Of a stretch of DNA of 64,000 nucleotides, positions 48,569 through 59,529 are shown one piece after another. Made by a program: the position numbers and the translations under genes. The notes beneath the pieces were generated by a model. It ran no database searches. It was not told the origin of the DNA and saw nothing but the letters and a program-made list of their open reading frames with translations. The stretch lies in the NCBI GenBank assembly GCA_963706955.1, contig CAVPOC010000001.1:173610-237609 (forward strand). The letters run 5' to 3'. This stretch comes from an uncultured Verrucomicrobiae bacterium. GTDB lineage: Bacteria; Verrucomicrobiota; Verrucomicrobiia; Chthoniobacterales; Terrimicrobiaceae. Each line of letters opens with the position of its first letter. Within the stretch, counting starts at the first letter, position 1.

Positions 48569-49477
48569 CTATTCCTTCGCCCCACCTGAGGTCAGGCCGC
48601 TCACAACATACTTTTGGCAGACGAGGAACATGACTGTTATCGGCACGCCGCTCAAGACGGCCAGTGCAGCAAAGCGACCCCAGAGCTTTTGATGTTCTGC
48701 CAAAAAGGAATTGGCGCCCACCGCGAGTGTCCAATTCTCCCGCGCCTGCAGGACAATGGACGCCACCGGGTATTCCGACATGAAGGCGATGAAGGAGAGA
48801 ATGAACACGACCGCAAAGATGGGAAGACTCATCGGAAGGAGAATTTGCGTGAAGGTCTGGAACTGCGTGGCCCCGTCGATCCGGGCCGCTTCCTCCATGC
48901 TCGCCGGAATCGTATCGAAGTACCCTTTGAGCATCCAGATGTAACCCGAGATTCCGCCCAAGTAGACCAGAATGAGCCCTGGGTGGGTATTCAGGCCGAG
49001 TGCGGGCAAGTATTGGCCGAGGAAATCGAGAATCACATAGATGGCCACCAACGCGAGCACCATGGGAAACATTTGGAGGATCAGGAGCGAGCTGAGCGTC
49101 GTGGATCTGAACTTGAAATGGAGCCTCGCAAACGCATAGGCCGCTGTTCCGGAGAGGAGGAGGATGCCTATCGTGGCAATCGCGGATATCTTCACCGAGT
49201 TCCAGAACCAAAGTAATGGCGGTGTTTCCGCCTTGACGACGCGCTTTTCTCCTGTGGCCGGATTAACTATCTCTTCGTAGGGAATGCCCAGAACGTATTT
49301 CCAATGCTCGAGGCTGAAATGGTCTGGAAGCAAGCCGCTCGGCGCAAAATTGCCCCGCCGAAATGAAGCCGAGACAACCATGATATATGGCACCAGCACA
49401 AGAACCAGGAAACTGATCAGCAACCCATGGGTTACCACTCTGCCAAGCTTCGCTTTCTGCTCGGGTTTCAGTTTCAT
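48569..49477 (-). CDS. malG: Maltose ABC permease MalG
   Basis: [38 protein letters not shown]. Confidence 0.93.
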   Translation of the reverse strand: MKLKPEQKAKLGRVVTHGLLISFLVLVLVPYIMVVSASFRRGNFAPSGLLPDHFSLEHWKYVLGIPYEEIVNPATGEKRVVKAETPPLLWFWNSVKISAIATIGILLLSGTAAYAFARLHFKFRSTTLSSLLILQMFPMVLALVAIYVILDFLGQYLPALGLNTHPGLILVYLGGISGYIWMLKGYFDTIPASMEEAARIDGATQFQTFTQILLPMSLPIFAVVFILSFIAFMSEYPVASIVLQARENWTLAVGANSFLAEHQKLWGRFAALAVLSGVPITVMFLVCQKYVVSGLTSGGAKE

Positions 49478-51015
49478 ATTTTCACCTGCCGCGCGCTTAG
49501 CTTTAGGTTGATCCAGGAGAGGGCCCCAACCAGGATGAAAAGCAGGGTGGCGATGGCGCCGGCCAGCCCGTAGTTGGTGCCCGAATCCCGGAAGGCAATG
49601 TTGTACACGAAGTTCACGAGAAGATCGGTTTCGCCAGCATTGCCGCCGACCATCTGCGGCCCGCCGCCAGTTAGGAGAAAGATGAGGTTAAAGTTGTTGA
49701 AATTAAAAGCGAAAGACGAAATGAGGATCGGAATCATCGCGGGAAGCACCAGCGGCAAGGTAAGGCTGAAGAAATCAACCACCTTGTTGCTCCCATCAAT
49801 CGCGCTCGCCTCATAGATTGATGAGGGAATGGACTGGAGCATCCCAGTGCAAATAAGCATCATGTAAGGGTAGCCTAGCCAGATATTGACCAACAGCACC
49901 ATGGCTCGAGCCCCCCAGGGATTCGTTTCCCATTCGGGAGCAAAGCCGAAAATCCCTCTGAGCATTTCGTTGACCGCGCCAAATTCCTGATTGAACAATC
50001 CCCTCAAAATAAGGATCGAGAGGATCGCTGGAACCGCATAAGGCAAAATAAGAAGGGTGCGATAGGTTCGTCGAAATCGGATATCCGGCTGCTCCAGCAG
50101 CACAGAGAGGAGCATCCCCACCGAGAACGTTAGCAGGACCGAAAGCGCCGAGAACGCGAACGTCCAGACAAAGATCCTCACGAACGGTCCACGAATCCGC
50201 GGATCTGTAAGGATCCGCACGTAATTGTAAAAGCCGGCGAACGTGCGAAAGCCGACGCCAACCTTCTCTCCCTTGTCGTTGACGAAGAATCCTTCCCCAA
50301 AATCGGGACGAATAATCGTCCCATCCTTGACATTGGTGAGCGTTCCGTCCGGATTCAGCTTCCAAAGTCGCTGTCGCGAAGCAAATTTCGTCAGCCCTTC
50401 CAGTCCCACCAAGGTATCATCCGGAAGGGCGAACTTCAGCGTCTTTAAAGGGGCTCATCAGTTTCGCTCGATTGATTTGAGGCATTTGCATGGCCTCGCC
50501 CGAGACTTTGCCATCCGCAGGCAGACGCATTCAGTTTGATCGGCTCTCTGTCGCCCTTGGGCTTCTCGCCTGCCTCAAGGGGGAAAGGATCGGACGCAAA
50601 TCGCTTGGTGGGATCCTTTTCGTCTTCCAGATAGAGAACGTATTGGCCGCCCCCCTGGGAGAACAACGTGTACTTGTAGGTGGCAGCGCCCTCAACAGCA
50701 ACCGTCTCCTGGCGGAACAGCGCCAGTGCCCGGTCAAAGGTAAGGAGGTTCTGGGAGCTGTACTTGGTGAACCCAATCAGTATCGTGTAGACGAGCGGAA
50801 AGATGACGAAGAGCGCCGAAACCGAGAAAACCTGGAAAGAGGTATCGAAAGGTGTTTGCCGAGGGGTTCAGGTAGATATAGATCCCCAAGCAGGTCACCA
50901 CGAGCAGCCCTAGCCCAACGTAAAGGTTTCCGGTCTGATAGATAAAAAAGCTGAGGGCCAGTGCAGGAATCGCCAGCAGGACTACAAGGATCTGTCGAAT
51001 TGGCAGCCCCTTCAC
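49474..51015 (-). CDS. malF: Maltose ABC permease MalF with periplasmic P2 loop; three apparent +1 frameshifts (about 50812, 50525, 50450)
   Basis: Stitched reading [48 protein letters not shown]. Confidence 0.88.
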
Positions 51016-51017
51016 GC

Positions 51018-52199
51018 CTATTTCCCCATATTGTTTCTCGCGTCCTTCAACGCGGCCTCAGGAGTGGCCTCCCCGTTTGTCGAGATCTCGAACGCCGCTT
51101 TCATTGCGCTCCAGAACTTGCCCATCTGAGGAATATTGGGCATGACCACGCCGTTGAGACAGTTCTCGTAGGTCACCTTGATCAATGGGTTTGCCGCGCT
51201 CATCTCCTCGGCGAGCGACTTCACCGCCGGAACGCCCAGCGGCGCGTCGGCATCAAGGGCCTTGAGGCCTTCCGCGGTGCAGATGGATTTTTCAAGAAAT
51301 TGCGTCGCGAACTCCGCGTTCGGGCTTGAGCGGTTGATGAGCGCGGACCAAACGCCGACGAACGGTCGCCCAGGGTTCCCGCCCACCCCAGGCAAGGCAG
51401 CGAGTTCGAAGTCGATTCCGCTCTTGCGAAGATTGGCCCATGTCCACGGACCATTGACCATGGTGGCGAGCTCTCCGCCGGCCATTTTTTGTTCCATGAC
51501 GTCCTGGGTAGAACCTTTCGGCAGCACGCCTTCTTTGATAAGATTCACGACTGCGGTGAGTCCTTCGATGGCGCCGGCATTGTCCACGCCGATGTCCTTA
51601 ATGTCATAGCCGCCTTCAGTTTTCTTGAAAGAAAAACCTCCGGCGCTCGCCAGAAACGGGAAGGTGAAGTAGGGAACTTTATAGTCCCACATGATCGCGA
51701 TCGCTTTCGGATTCTTGGCCTGAAGTTCCTTGGCGAATGCAGGAAATTCCGATAGCTGAGTCGGCGGTTTCGCACTGACCAGCTTCTTATTGCAGATCAG
51801 AGAGACACATTCGAGGGCCGCTGGATATCCCCAGATTTTGCCGTTGTGCGTTACAGCGTCCCAGGACATGGGAATCATCGTTCCCTTGAAATCGTCCTTA
51901 ATTTCTAGAGGCTGCAAAAGGCCCGCATCGGCCCATTCGCCGATCCGGTCATGCGCCCAGAAAATAATGTCCGGGCCTTTGCCGGTCTGAGCGGCTGCCT
52001 GAAACTTGTCGGTGATCCCCTCCTGGGTTTCCACCTTGACGGGAACTCCCATCTCTTCTTCGAATTTTTTGCCAAGCTCCGCCATGGCGCGATAGCCACG
52101 GTTGTCAGTTGTCCAAACTAAAAGTTCTCCGTCCGTCCAGGCGCCCGCACGAATGGCTGTGAAGAGGAGGAAGACTGCGAAGACGAGATGTTTGCTCAT
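51018..52199 (-). CDS. malE: Maltose/maltodextrin-binding protein, copy 2 (first gene of malEFG-malQ-GH13)
   Basis: GPDIIFWAHDR, PFVGV, MPNIPQMGKFW. Confidence 0.93.
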   Translation of the reverse strand: MSKHLVFAVFLLFTAIRAGAWTDGELLVWTTDNRGYRAMAELGKKFEEEMGVPVKVETQEGITDKFQAAAQTGKGPDIIFWAHDRIGEWADAGLLQPLEIKDDFKGTMIPMSWDAVTHNGKIWGYPAALECVSLICNKKLVSAKPPTQLSEFPAFAKELQAKNPKAIAIMWDYKVPYFTFPFLASAGGFSFKKTEGGYDIKDIGVDNAGAIEGLTAVVNLIKEGVLPKGSTQDVMEQKMAGGELATMVNGPWTWANLRKSGIDFELAALPGVGGNPGRPFVGVWSALINRSSPNAEFATQFLEKSICTAEGLKALDADAPLGVPAVKSLAEEMSAANPLIKVTYENCLNGVVMPNIPQMGKFWSAMKAAFEISTNGEATPEAALKDARNNMGK

Positions 52200-52808
52200 A
52201 GGACGGGATTACAGGTTTGCTGAAGGAAGAGCCTGCACATGGTCCAGAATGCTAGAGTATTTGGCCATGCAGCAGTTTGTTCTGTTTCGGGGTTGCAGCC
52301 TCTTGTAGGACCGACCTGAAGCGGACGCAAGATCAAAGAGCAGATTACCCGGCAACGTTAGCTATGGAGTAGAGAATACGGTCCCGGCCGCAAACAACAC
52401 TGAAGCCGAGCTTCTAAAGTGCCCGATCGTGTTTGAGGCCGAGAGCCGCCCCTTGACCTCTCACGTAACTCTCTCTCCATCTCACGCGGACGTCGTCCTC
52501 TCCCCGGCATGTGAAATAAATGTTGCCGCGCCGCGGTTTGCCGGGCCGACCCAGTGATCGGCTCGAAAACTCAGAAGGTCGCCCTATCTTTTCCTGCGAC
52601 CAGAAATAATACTAAGATTTGCATCCGCAAAAGCGTCCACGTCGTAGTTTACTATAAATGGCGAAGCTTAGCTTACTTTCCTGCGCTCCTTTGCGTGATC
52701 AGCTCTCTATGCAAAGTTTCCGTCCGGCTGCCATGCGCGTTCGGCTAAGGCGAAATATCTTGCCACGCTGACACCCTTTGTCACTATCGCCGGCCCATAC
52801 CGGCTTTG

Positions 52809-53211
52809 ATGACTACGATCGTCGCCATATTTGACAATGCCCGTGATGTGGATCAGGCGGTTACGCGCTTGGCGCGGGCCGGCTTCGAAGACAGCGTTTT
52901 CGATGAGGGGATTATTGCTGGAGAAGGGCATAGTCTCGGGCTCGTCTTCGCTCCAGGTTCGGCTCCGCCGGTGGTTTGGGGAACGCCCGAAACAGCTTCT
53001 CATCGTAAGCCAGATCATCAAACGATCGTTCGGGCCTTTAAGTCCCATCTGGCCGACTATCGCTTGCCCGACGAAGTTATCGAAGCCTACGCGATGACTT
53101 TCTCTCATAGCGGGGAGTTCCTGTTGGTCAGAACCGAGAACAAGCGTGCCGAGGCAGCCAGTCGAAATTCTGCGAAATTGCGGCGCAACGCGCGTAGGCA
53201 GGCACGACTAG
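52809..53211 (+). CDS. General-stress-protein-like (YflT/17M-like) hypothetical protein; +1 frameshift near 53155-53160
   Basis: TIVAIFDN..VDQAV.RL..AGF; the shifted frame gives VEILRNCGATRVGRHD-stop. Confidence 0.65.
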
Positions 53212-53701
53212 CTGCTGGATATCCAAAGATCGCAGCGCAAGCCTTCGCGGGACTCTCTGCCCTGTGCCTACTCGGAGATCCCAGCCGGCTTTGGAGCGAT
53301 AGCGCGCTAGTAACGTCGCGTGGACGGCGCAATCTCGGAGGCCACTTTCGCTGCTCGCAACACTCAATCGCGATATCTTCGTACGCAACAGGCGAGGCGA
53401 GCCACGGCTGCTCGTTCGGAGAACTGGCTCTTTCCAGGTCGTCGTGCGCGTCTTACCGGTGCGAATGCGTCGAGAAGCCTGGCGAGCGGTCACCGAAATC
53501 ATGCCAGCGAACCAATCAGCGAGTCGAACGTTAGCAAGACGGAACTCCTCAACGTCGGCTGGCGGCGCCAAAAAGAGCGCCGCAAAAATAGCAAAATCGA
53601 AAATGTTCAATTTTTTTTCATTCTCTTGAAAAATCTTCTTGATTTATCAGGCGTTTCCCAATTTTCTCTCGGGGCAGTTAACCAACAAAGGACCCTCCTC
53701 T

Positions 53702-55474
53702 ATGCGTATGCCTTTACTGCCAATACCGTTCCGCCCTGCAACGAACTCTCTTTCGCGGCCTCGTGCACGAGGAATGTTCCTTGGCTTGGTAGCCGGCGCT
53801 ACCAGTCTCAGCCTCGGAACTCTCTGCGCGCAGTCCGACGCCGAGATGAACCAACTCAAAGCCCAAATGCAGCAAATGCAGCAGGAGTATGAGAAGCGTC
53901 TCGCGGCGATGGAAAGCCAAGTCAAGTCGATGCAGTCACAAGTCGCTCTGACCGCCTCTGTCGCCAAGTCCCGGACGATTACCGGACCCGATGGCAAAGC
54001 GATCGCGATGGAAGGGCCGGTCCTTATGCCGGCTTTTGATACGTTTACCCGCAACTTCAAGTGGCATGGCTACTTCCGTGCGGGCACCGGCTTTACCGCC
54101 AATGGCGTCGGCCAGACGTTCAACTTCAATACCCCGGACGTCAGCCTTTGGCAAAACCCAACGTCTCGGCAACGAAAACGACTTCTATGTTGAGACCGGC
54201 CCGATCCTCGATCACATGCTGGGAGATGATCCCGACGTGATGGATGTCAGGGTCAAGATGACCTTCCAGTTCTTCGACGGCGTCGACAAGCAGGTCGCTC
54301 TTAACCTCGACAACGATGGCTGGGGTGCGGGAATTGTTGAGTGCTACCTCGAGATGAAGAATGTCATCAAGAGCGCTCCGGAGGTCACCTTCTGGGGCGG
54401 CCAGCGGTTCTACGACCGGTATGATATTCACCCGTCAGACTACTTCTTCCTGAACACGTCGGGAATCGGCGCGGGCGCCTATAATATTCCGCTGGGCCCG
54501 GGCAGCTTAGCCATCGCCTACTTTGGCGGCATCAAAAGCGGCACCGGCGATTTCTGGCTGGATGACACCAGCTTCGACGACTTCACCCTCGATGTGGACG
54601 GCGGGACTGGTGACTTCTACCGGCACGTTCTCGACCTGCGTTGGGGTGATGTCGACTTCCTCGGTGGCAAGCTGAAACTGGTGTTGATCGGCTCCTACAG
54701 CACGGCGGGGACTTTACCGATCGACTACAACGACGGCACCACCGGCCAAGGCCATGTCGACAATTCGGGCGGCATCGGCGGTGGTCTTGTCCAGCAGTGG
54801 GATCTGCCTCCCATCCTGGGGCAAGCTGAGCTTCATCCAAGTCGGTCTGCTCTATGGCTGGGGCTTGGTGGATTTCGATCCCAGCGGTGTCAACCTGGAT
54901 AAGCTGAACAACGCTTACCTTTCTGCGCTCGCTGCGGATGGTATCACGCTCAGTCCGGATGGCACCAACGGATGGTCCCTTCAGGAGCGTCAATCCCTAC
55001 AACAATAGCCAGCAGGGCGGGCGAACATCTTCTGGGTGTGGAATCCAACGGATAACTTCTCCCTGGGCACTTGGGCGAGCTATCGGTTCTACTGATCAGG
55101 GCTTCACCAGCTACCAGGTCACGCAATGGCTCGGTCTCACAGCGCCTCGAGGCGACAACCATCTGGTTAGTGCCGGCATCAGGCCTTACTACTGGCTGTG
55201 GGGTCCGTTTGCAATTCAGGGTGCAGCCGCCTTCGCCTATCTCTCGAATAACCGGAGCACAGGGGCAGGGTTTGGCGATGGAGGCTCGCTGGGTATCTTC
55301 ACGATCGCCCCGACGATCAAACCCCGCGGCGGCTTCTTCACCCGTCCTGAGCTGCGCGCCTTCGCGACCTTCGCGGTATGGTCCGACGACTATCAAGGTG
55401 CCATTGGAGGTACACCCTACGCCGACAAGAACTACGGCTGGGTCTTCGGCGTCCAGGCTGAGACCTGGTTCTAG
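53702..55474 (+). CDS. lamB: LamB/ScrY-family carbohydrate porin with N-terminal coiled coil; several frameshifts (about 54146, 54700-54720, 54812, 54967, 55020, 55090)
   Basis: HGYFRAG, RLGNE, WGGQRFYDRYDIH, FTIAPT..FTRPELRAFAT, FGVQAETWF terminus. Confidence 0.88.
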
Positions 55475-55525
55475 AGCGCGCGGCGCAATATAACTAAGTT
55501 CAAAACCACACACGCTATCCCAATC

Positions 55526-55934
55526 ATGAAAGATCAGCAAAGTGTCTCCCAAACTGTTCTTAGGTTCTGTTCTGGCGATCTGCGCGCTCGTGCTGGCGGG
55601 CTGCACCACCATGCAGCCCGCGAGCCAGGAGTCGTTGCTTCAAAAGGCCGGCTTCCAAAGCCGGACGCCAACCACGGCCCAGCAGAAGGCTGCCTATGCC
55701 AAACTGCCGGCCAACCAACTCCATCAGGTCACGTGGAAAGGACGCACACTCTACGGCTATAAGGATGAGAAAGCCGGGGTGGTCTGGGTGGGTAACGAAG
55801 CGCAGTATGCCCAGTACAAACAGCTGGCTACCAATGCCAAGCTGAGCCAAGATCAGATTACGCCCGCCCAGGCCGCGCTTGAAGCGAAAGACGTGCATAC
55901 CTACAACAGTTGGTATGACAGTCGCATTCCGTAG
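55526..55934 (+). CDS. Uncharacterised lipoprotein, paralog 1 (ATG 55526 needs removal of one C at 55548-50; otherwise GTG 55542)
   Basis: Lipobox LAGC; ESLLQKAGFQSRTPTT..YKDEKAGVVWVGN. Confidence 0.8.
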
Positions 55935-56018
55935 GTCGCCGAAGAGGACAACGACCTCGTCTATCGCTGCTGGTATGGTTCTTGGAAGGACTTTGGTGCC
56001 GCGAGGCCGGTAGATTAG
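55935..56018 (+). pseudogene. Orphan in-frame C-terminal tail homologous to the C-terminus of lipoprotein 2
   Basis: Directly after the TAG: VAEEDNDLVYRCWYGSWKDFGAARPVD-stop versus VARDMDNDLVYRWYGSWKDFGAASPVD-stop. Confidence 0.85.
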
Positions 56019-56055
56019 ATACTCGCAAGGGCGTGCCTCCGCGCCAGTAGGCTTG

Positions 56056-56089
56056 AAGGGCGCTGCGGTTTCCAAACTGCAGCGCCCTT
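56056..56089 (+). terminator. Terminator-like hairpin, copy 1
   Basis: AAGGGCGCTGCGGTTT-cc-AAACTGCAGCGCCCTT; weak T-tract. Confidence 0.65.
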
Positions 56090-56288
56090 GCTCTTTCTGG
56101 GGCGGGAGCGATCTTGAGCCGCCAATCTCACATGAGTCTTGCCATGAAACTTCATTTAATGGGTTTAAGCGGTCGGCGAGCACAAGGTGCGGTCGATTCT
56201 CTTCTGCGTTGGACATATGCCTTACGAATTCGAGAATGGCGTCAGTCTCAGTTCGTAGTGAACCCTAATTAGTTTCGGAAAAGGTCCC

Positions 56289-56363
56289 GCCATTGGAGGT
56301 GTACCCTACTCGGAAAAGAACTACGGCTGGACTTTTGGTGTGCAGGCTGATACGTGCTTCTGG
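56289..56363 (+). pseudogene. Orphan 3' end of a second LamB-family porin
   Basis: AIGGVPYSEKNYGWTFGVQADTCF versus AIGGTPYADKNYGWVFGVQAETWF at 55400-55474. Confidence 0.85.
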
Positions 56364-56397
56364 ACGCGCGATGGAGAAATCGGCAAGTTATACCATT

Positions 56398-56817
56398 ATG
56401 AAAGCTCAACGTGTTTCAAACCTGTTCCTCGGCTCCCTCTGCGCCACGATCTGCGCGCTTCTAGCGCTCGCCGGTTGCGCGAGCATGGAATCCGCCACGG
56501 AGGAGTCGCTCCTTCAGTCGGCTGGCTTCCAGTCGCGCACGCCCACCACGGCGAAGCAGCAGGCGGCCTATACAGCGCTTCCCGCCTATCAACTCCACAA
56601 GGGCACAATGAAGGGGCGGACGATCTACGCGTACAAGGATGAGAAGAAGGGCGTCGTCTACCTCGGAAACAAGGCGCAATACGCCCAGTACCAGCAGCTA
56701 GCCAAAAAGGCTCAGCTAAAGGAAGAGAAGCAAGTCGCCCGTGATATGGATAACGACCTCGTTTACCGCTGGTATGGTTCGTGGAAGGACTTCGGCGCGG
56801 CAAGTCCTGTGGATTAG
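56398..56817 (+). CDS. Uncharacterised lipoprotein, paralog 2
   Basis: Lipobox LAGC; ESLLQSAGFQSRTPTT..YKDEKKGVVYLGN. Confidence 0.85.
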   Translation: MKAQRVSNLFLGSLCATICALLALAGCASMESATEESLLQSAGFQSRTPTTAKQQAAYTALPAYQLHKGTMKGRTIYAYKDEKKGVVYLGNKAQYAQYQQLAKKAQLKEEKQVARDMDNDLVYRWYGSWKDFGAASPVD

Positions 56818-56846
56818 TCCCTTCGGACTGTAGGCAAACGCTTGAT

Positions 56847-56887
56847 GGGCGCTGCGGTTTTCAACCCGCAGCGCCCTTACCATTTTT
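56847..56887 (+). terminator. Terminator-like hairpin, copy 2
   Basis: GGGCGCTGCGG..CCGCAGCGCCC followed by TTACCATTTTT. Confidence 0.65.
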
Positions 56888-57178
56888 GGGCAGGCAACGA
56901 CATCGACCAGGGTTGCCGGGGCAAGGTGGTCCCGGTGATGATAAGCTCGTGATCCGGAGTTCGACTTCGCCCAACGGCCAATCCCGGCCCGGTGCGCCAC
57001 GTCGGAAAATGTGTTGCGTGGCCGCGGGAGAACTCATACGTAGTCGGCGGACCGAATGACAAAGTCGCGTTCCATCATTCCCCCCGTCACAAGATGGCGA
57101 GCGTTCGAGTCCCTGGATCCGCCCGCACCTCTTATTATGAATATGAAGATTCTGAAGTTTTGGCGAGCCGGGAAACGC

Positions 57179-57727
57179 ATGAGAGCCAATCCTGGAAGGC
57201 AAAGTAGAACGGATCGCCGCTCATCGCGAGCAGTCTGCGTCGCCTCTCTCGCATCGATCTGCGTCTCTCTGGTTCTGGGAGGATGTGGTGCCATTGAAAG
57301 TAGAGCACAAAGGACTTCGCTCTCTGAAAGCGGCTTTTTGGCTCGCGTCCCCCAAACTGAAAGACAGCGCGACTTTTACGCTGCGCTGCCTCCCTACGAG
57401 CTTTACTGGGGCGTCAGGAATGGACAGCCCTTCTATGTGTACAAAGACGAGAAGGCGGGTGTCGTTTACGTGGGAAATGAGCAGGACTACCAGCGATACA
57501 TGGTCAAAATGCGGCGACTCATTGCTTACTATGAGACCACCGAGGCCAAAATGGTCGCGCGTCGGATTGACGAGAACGTCCAAGCTCGTTGGGATGGATC
57601 CTGGAGTCCAAAGAATCGAGAGAGCTCTCGGCACGGACATATCACCGCCGAAGAATCTCGCGAGAACACTCGAGTTCCCGCGCCAACACCGTCTCGAAAT
57701 CTCAATTTTAACGACGCGTGGGATTGA
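57179..57727 (+). CDS. Uncharacterised lipoprotein, paralog 3 (more diverged)
   Basis: Lipobox LGGC; LSESGF..PQT..LPPYEL..YKDEKAGVVYVGN; start uncertain. Confidence 0.75.
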   Translation: MRANPGRQSRTDRRSSRAVCVASLASICVSLVLGGCGAIESRAQRTSLSESGFLARVPQTERQRDFYAALPPYELYWGVRNGQPFYVYKDEKAGVVYVGNEQDYQRYMVKMRRLIAYYETTEAKMVARRIDENVQARWDGSWSPKNRESSRHGHITAEESRENTRVPAPTPSRNLNFNDAWD

Positions 57728-57850
57728 AGGTCATATGGCGCCTTCAGCGACGGTATATGAGAGGCGCGCCATTTGGCGCTAAATGGAACTGCTGCGTTCC
57801 CCGTCGGCGAGGAGAATGGCGCGACACGCTCTCTGTGCGATCGGAACTCT

Positions 57851-57924
57851 GGGGAGCACGCGTCGCCGCGTGTGGTGTTCGGCGTCCCGCCGGCAATGGC
57901 ACGCGGAGGACCCGTGCGCTCCCC
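57851..57924. repeat. Imperfect palindromic REP/MITE-like element (second type)
   Basis: GGGGAGCACG..CCGCGTG ... CACGCGG..CGTGCGCTCCCC. Confidence 0.55.
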
Positions 57925-58120
57925 GGAAAACAGTATGCGGCGAAAGAACGCTTAAATTGCGGGCGTGTTGCGACGATCGCGGCCGACCCAAGAGCGTTTA
58001 AGCCCTCCGGAAAGATGGTGCAAACGGCCGGCGAGATCCTTTAGCGGTTCCACGATTCCGCTACACCCGGACTTCCATGCATCGAGAGATATGGCGCGTG
58101 GCTTAGCCAACGAATTTATC

Positions 58121-58142
58121 TTGACGCACGTAGACGTTTTCA
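58121..58142 (+). promoter_or_regulatory. Possible -35 box (TTGACG) followed by a LacI-family-like operator
   Basis: TTGACG at 58121, then CGTAGACGTTTTCA (one good half-site), about 30 nt before a sugar ABC operon. Confidence 0.25.
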
Positions 58143-58171
58143 TTCTGCTAGGAGCAGTTAACCCTAGTGTT

Positions 58172-59505
58172 ATGCGCTCTCTCGTTCCCCTCTCAAAATC
58201 GTCTCGTACTAATTTTCTGAAATGCTCCGCTAAATCGCGTCTTGTTCCGCTGCTCTGCTCGTTCTCGCTGAGCCTCGGGCTTTCCGCGACCGTGTTCGCC
58301 CAGGGAGTTACTGTCCGCTTCGCCGGCGACTCCGACGTGGGAGAAGGCGGCCGTTGGACGAGGGCCGCCGCTGAGGAGTGGGCAAAGAAGACCGGTAATA
58401 AGGTCGAGTACATCAGCAGACCCAATGATGCGTCCGCCACGCTGCAACAGTTTCAGCAGGTACCTGGGCGGCCAAGAGTCCCGATATCGATTGCTATATG
58501 GTCGACGTCATCTGGCAAGGCATCCTCGCGCCGCATGCCGTTGACATGAAGAAGTATTACAACGAGGCGGAAATTAAGGAATTCTTCCCGCGCATTGTCG
58601 AGAACAACACCGTCGGCGGCAAGTTGGTCTCCGTCCCCTGGTTCGGGGATGCCGGCATTCTTTATTATCGTAAGGATCTCCTCGAAAAATATGGGTTCAA
58701 GGAGCCCCCGCAGACTTGGGAAGAACTCACCGAAATGTCGAAGAAGATTCAGGAGGGTGAACGCGGGGCCGGCAAGGGGGACTTTCACGGCTTTGTCTTT
58801 CAAGGAAAGGCAAGCGAGTCGGTGACTTGTAATGCGATCGAGTGGATTTACAGCTTCAACGGTGGGTCGATCGTCGAGCCTGACAAGAAGGTGACCATTA
58901 ATAATCCCAATGCCATCAAGGCTCTTGAGACAGCGAAGGGCTGGGTAGGGACGATTTCACCGAAGGGCGTCACCACCTACGGCGAAGAAGAAGCGCGCAA
59001 CGTTTGGCAGGCCGGCAACGCGGCCTTTATGCGGAACTGGCCCTACGCCTACGCCTTGGGCAATGATCCAAAAAGCGCCATTGCCGGAAAGTTCGACGTA
59101 ACCGTTTTGCCCAAGGGTGGCGCGGACGGCAAGAACGCGGCTTGTCTCGGTGGCTGGCAGTTGATGGTCTCGGCGTACTCGAAGGCTCCTGACGCTGCGG
59201 CCGATCTCGTTAAATACCTGGCCTCGGCAGAATCTCAGAAAAAGCGCGCCATCGAGTTGACTCAACTTCCAGCACGGCCGGCCCTTTATTCGGACCCGGA
59301 GGTTCTCGAGAAAAATCCTTACTTCAAGAACATGTTGGATGTTCTGAGCAATGCCGTGGCGCGTCCTTCGACGGTCACGGGCGCTGATTACAATCAGCTT
59401 TCCACGGCTTTCTTCCAGAGCGTCAACAAGGTGCTCACCGGCGGCGAGTCCCCTGACAGCGCTGTTAAGAACGTCGAAAGAGTCGCCAAGCGTATCGCCC
59501 GATAA
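58172..59505 (+). CDS. Sugar ABC substrate-binding protein (trehalose/maltose, ThuE-like); net +2 frameshift near 58459-58465
   Basis: Signal peptide; [36 protein letters not shown]. Confidence 0.85.
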
Positions 59506-59529
59506 CTTCCCTGCTTCGAGGACATTAAA

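Noticed and set aside
53212..53534. C-terminal half of the 242-aa ORF 52806..53534
   Set aside because: Read-through artefact of a frameshift; the plausible protein ends at 53211
56945..57125. tRNA-like GTTCGA motifs
   Set aside because: No cloverleaf, acceptor stem or D-arm could be built
49474..58465. Programmed ribosomal frameshifting or phase variation in malF, the porin and the binding protein
   Set aside because: No slippery heptamers or long homopolymers; multiple scattered indels fit sequencing error better
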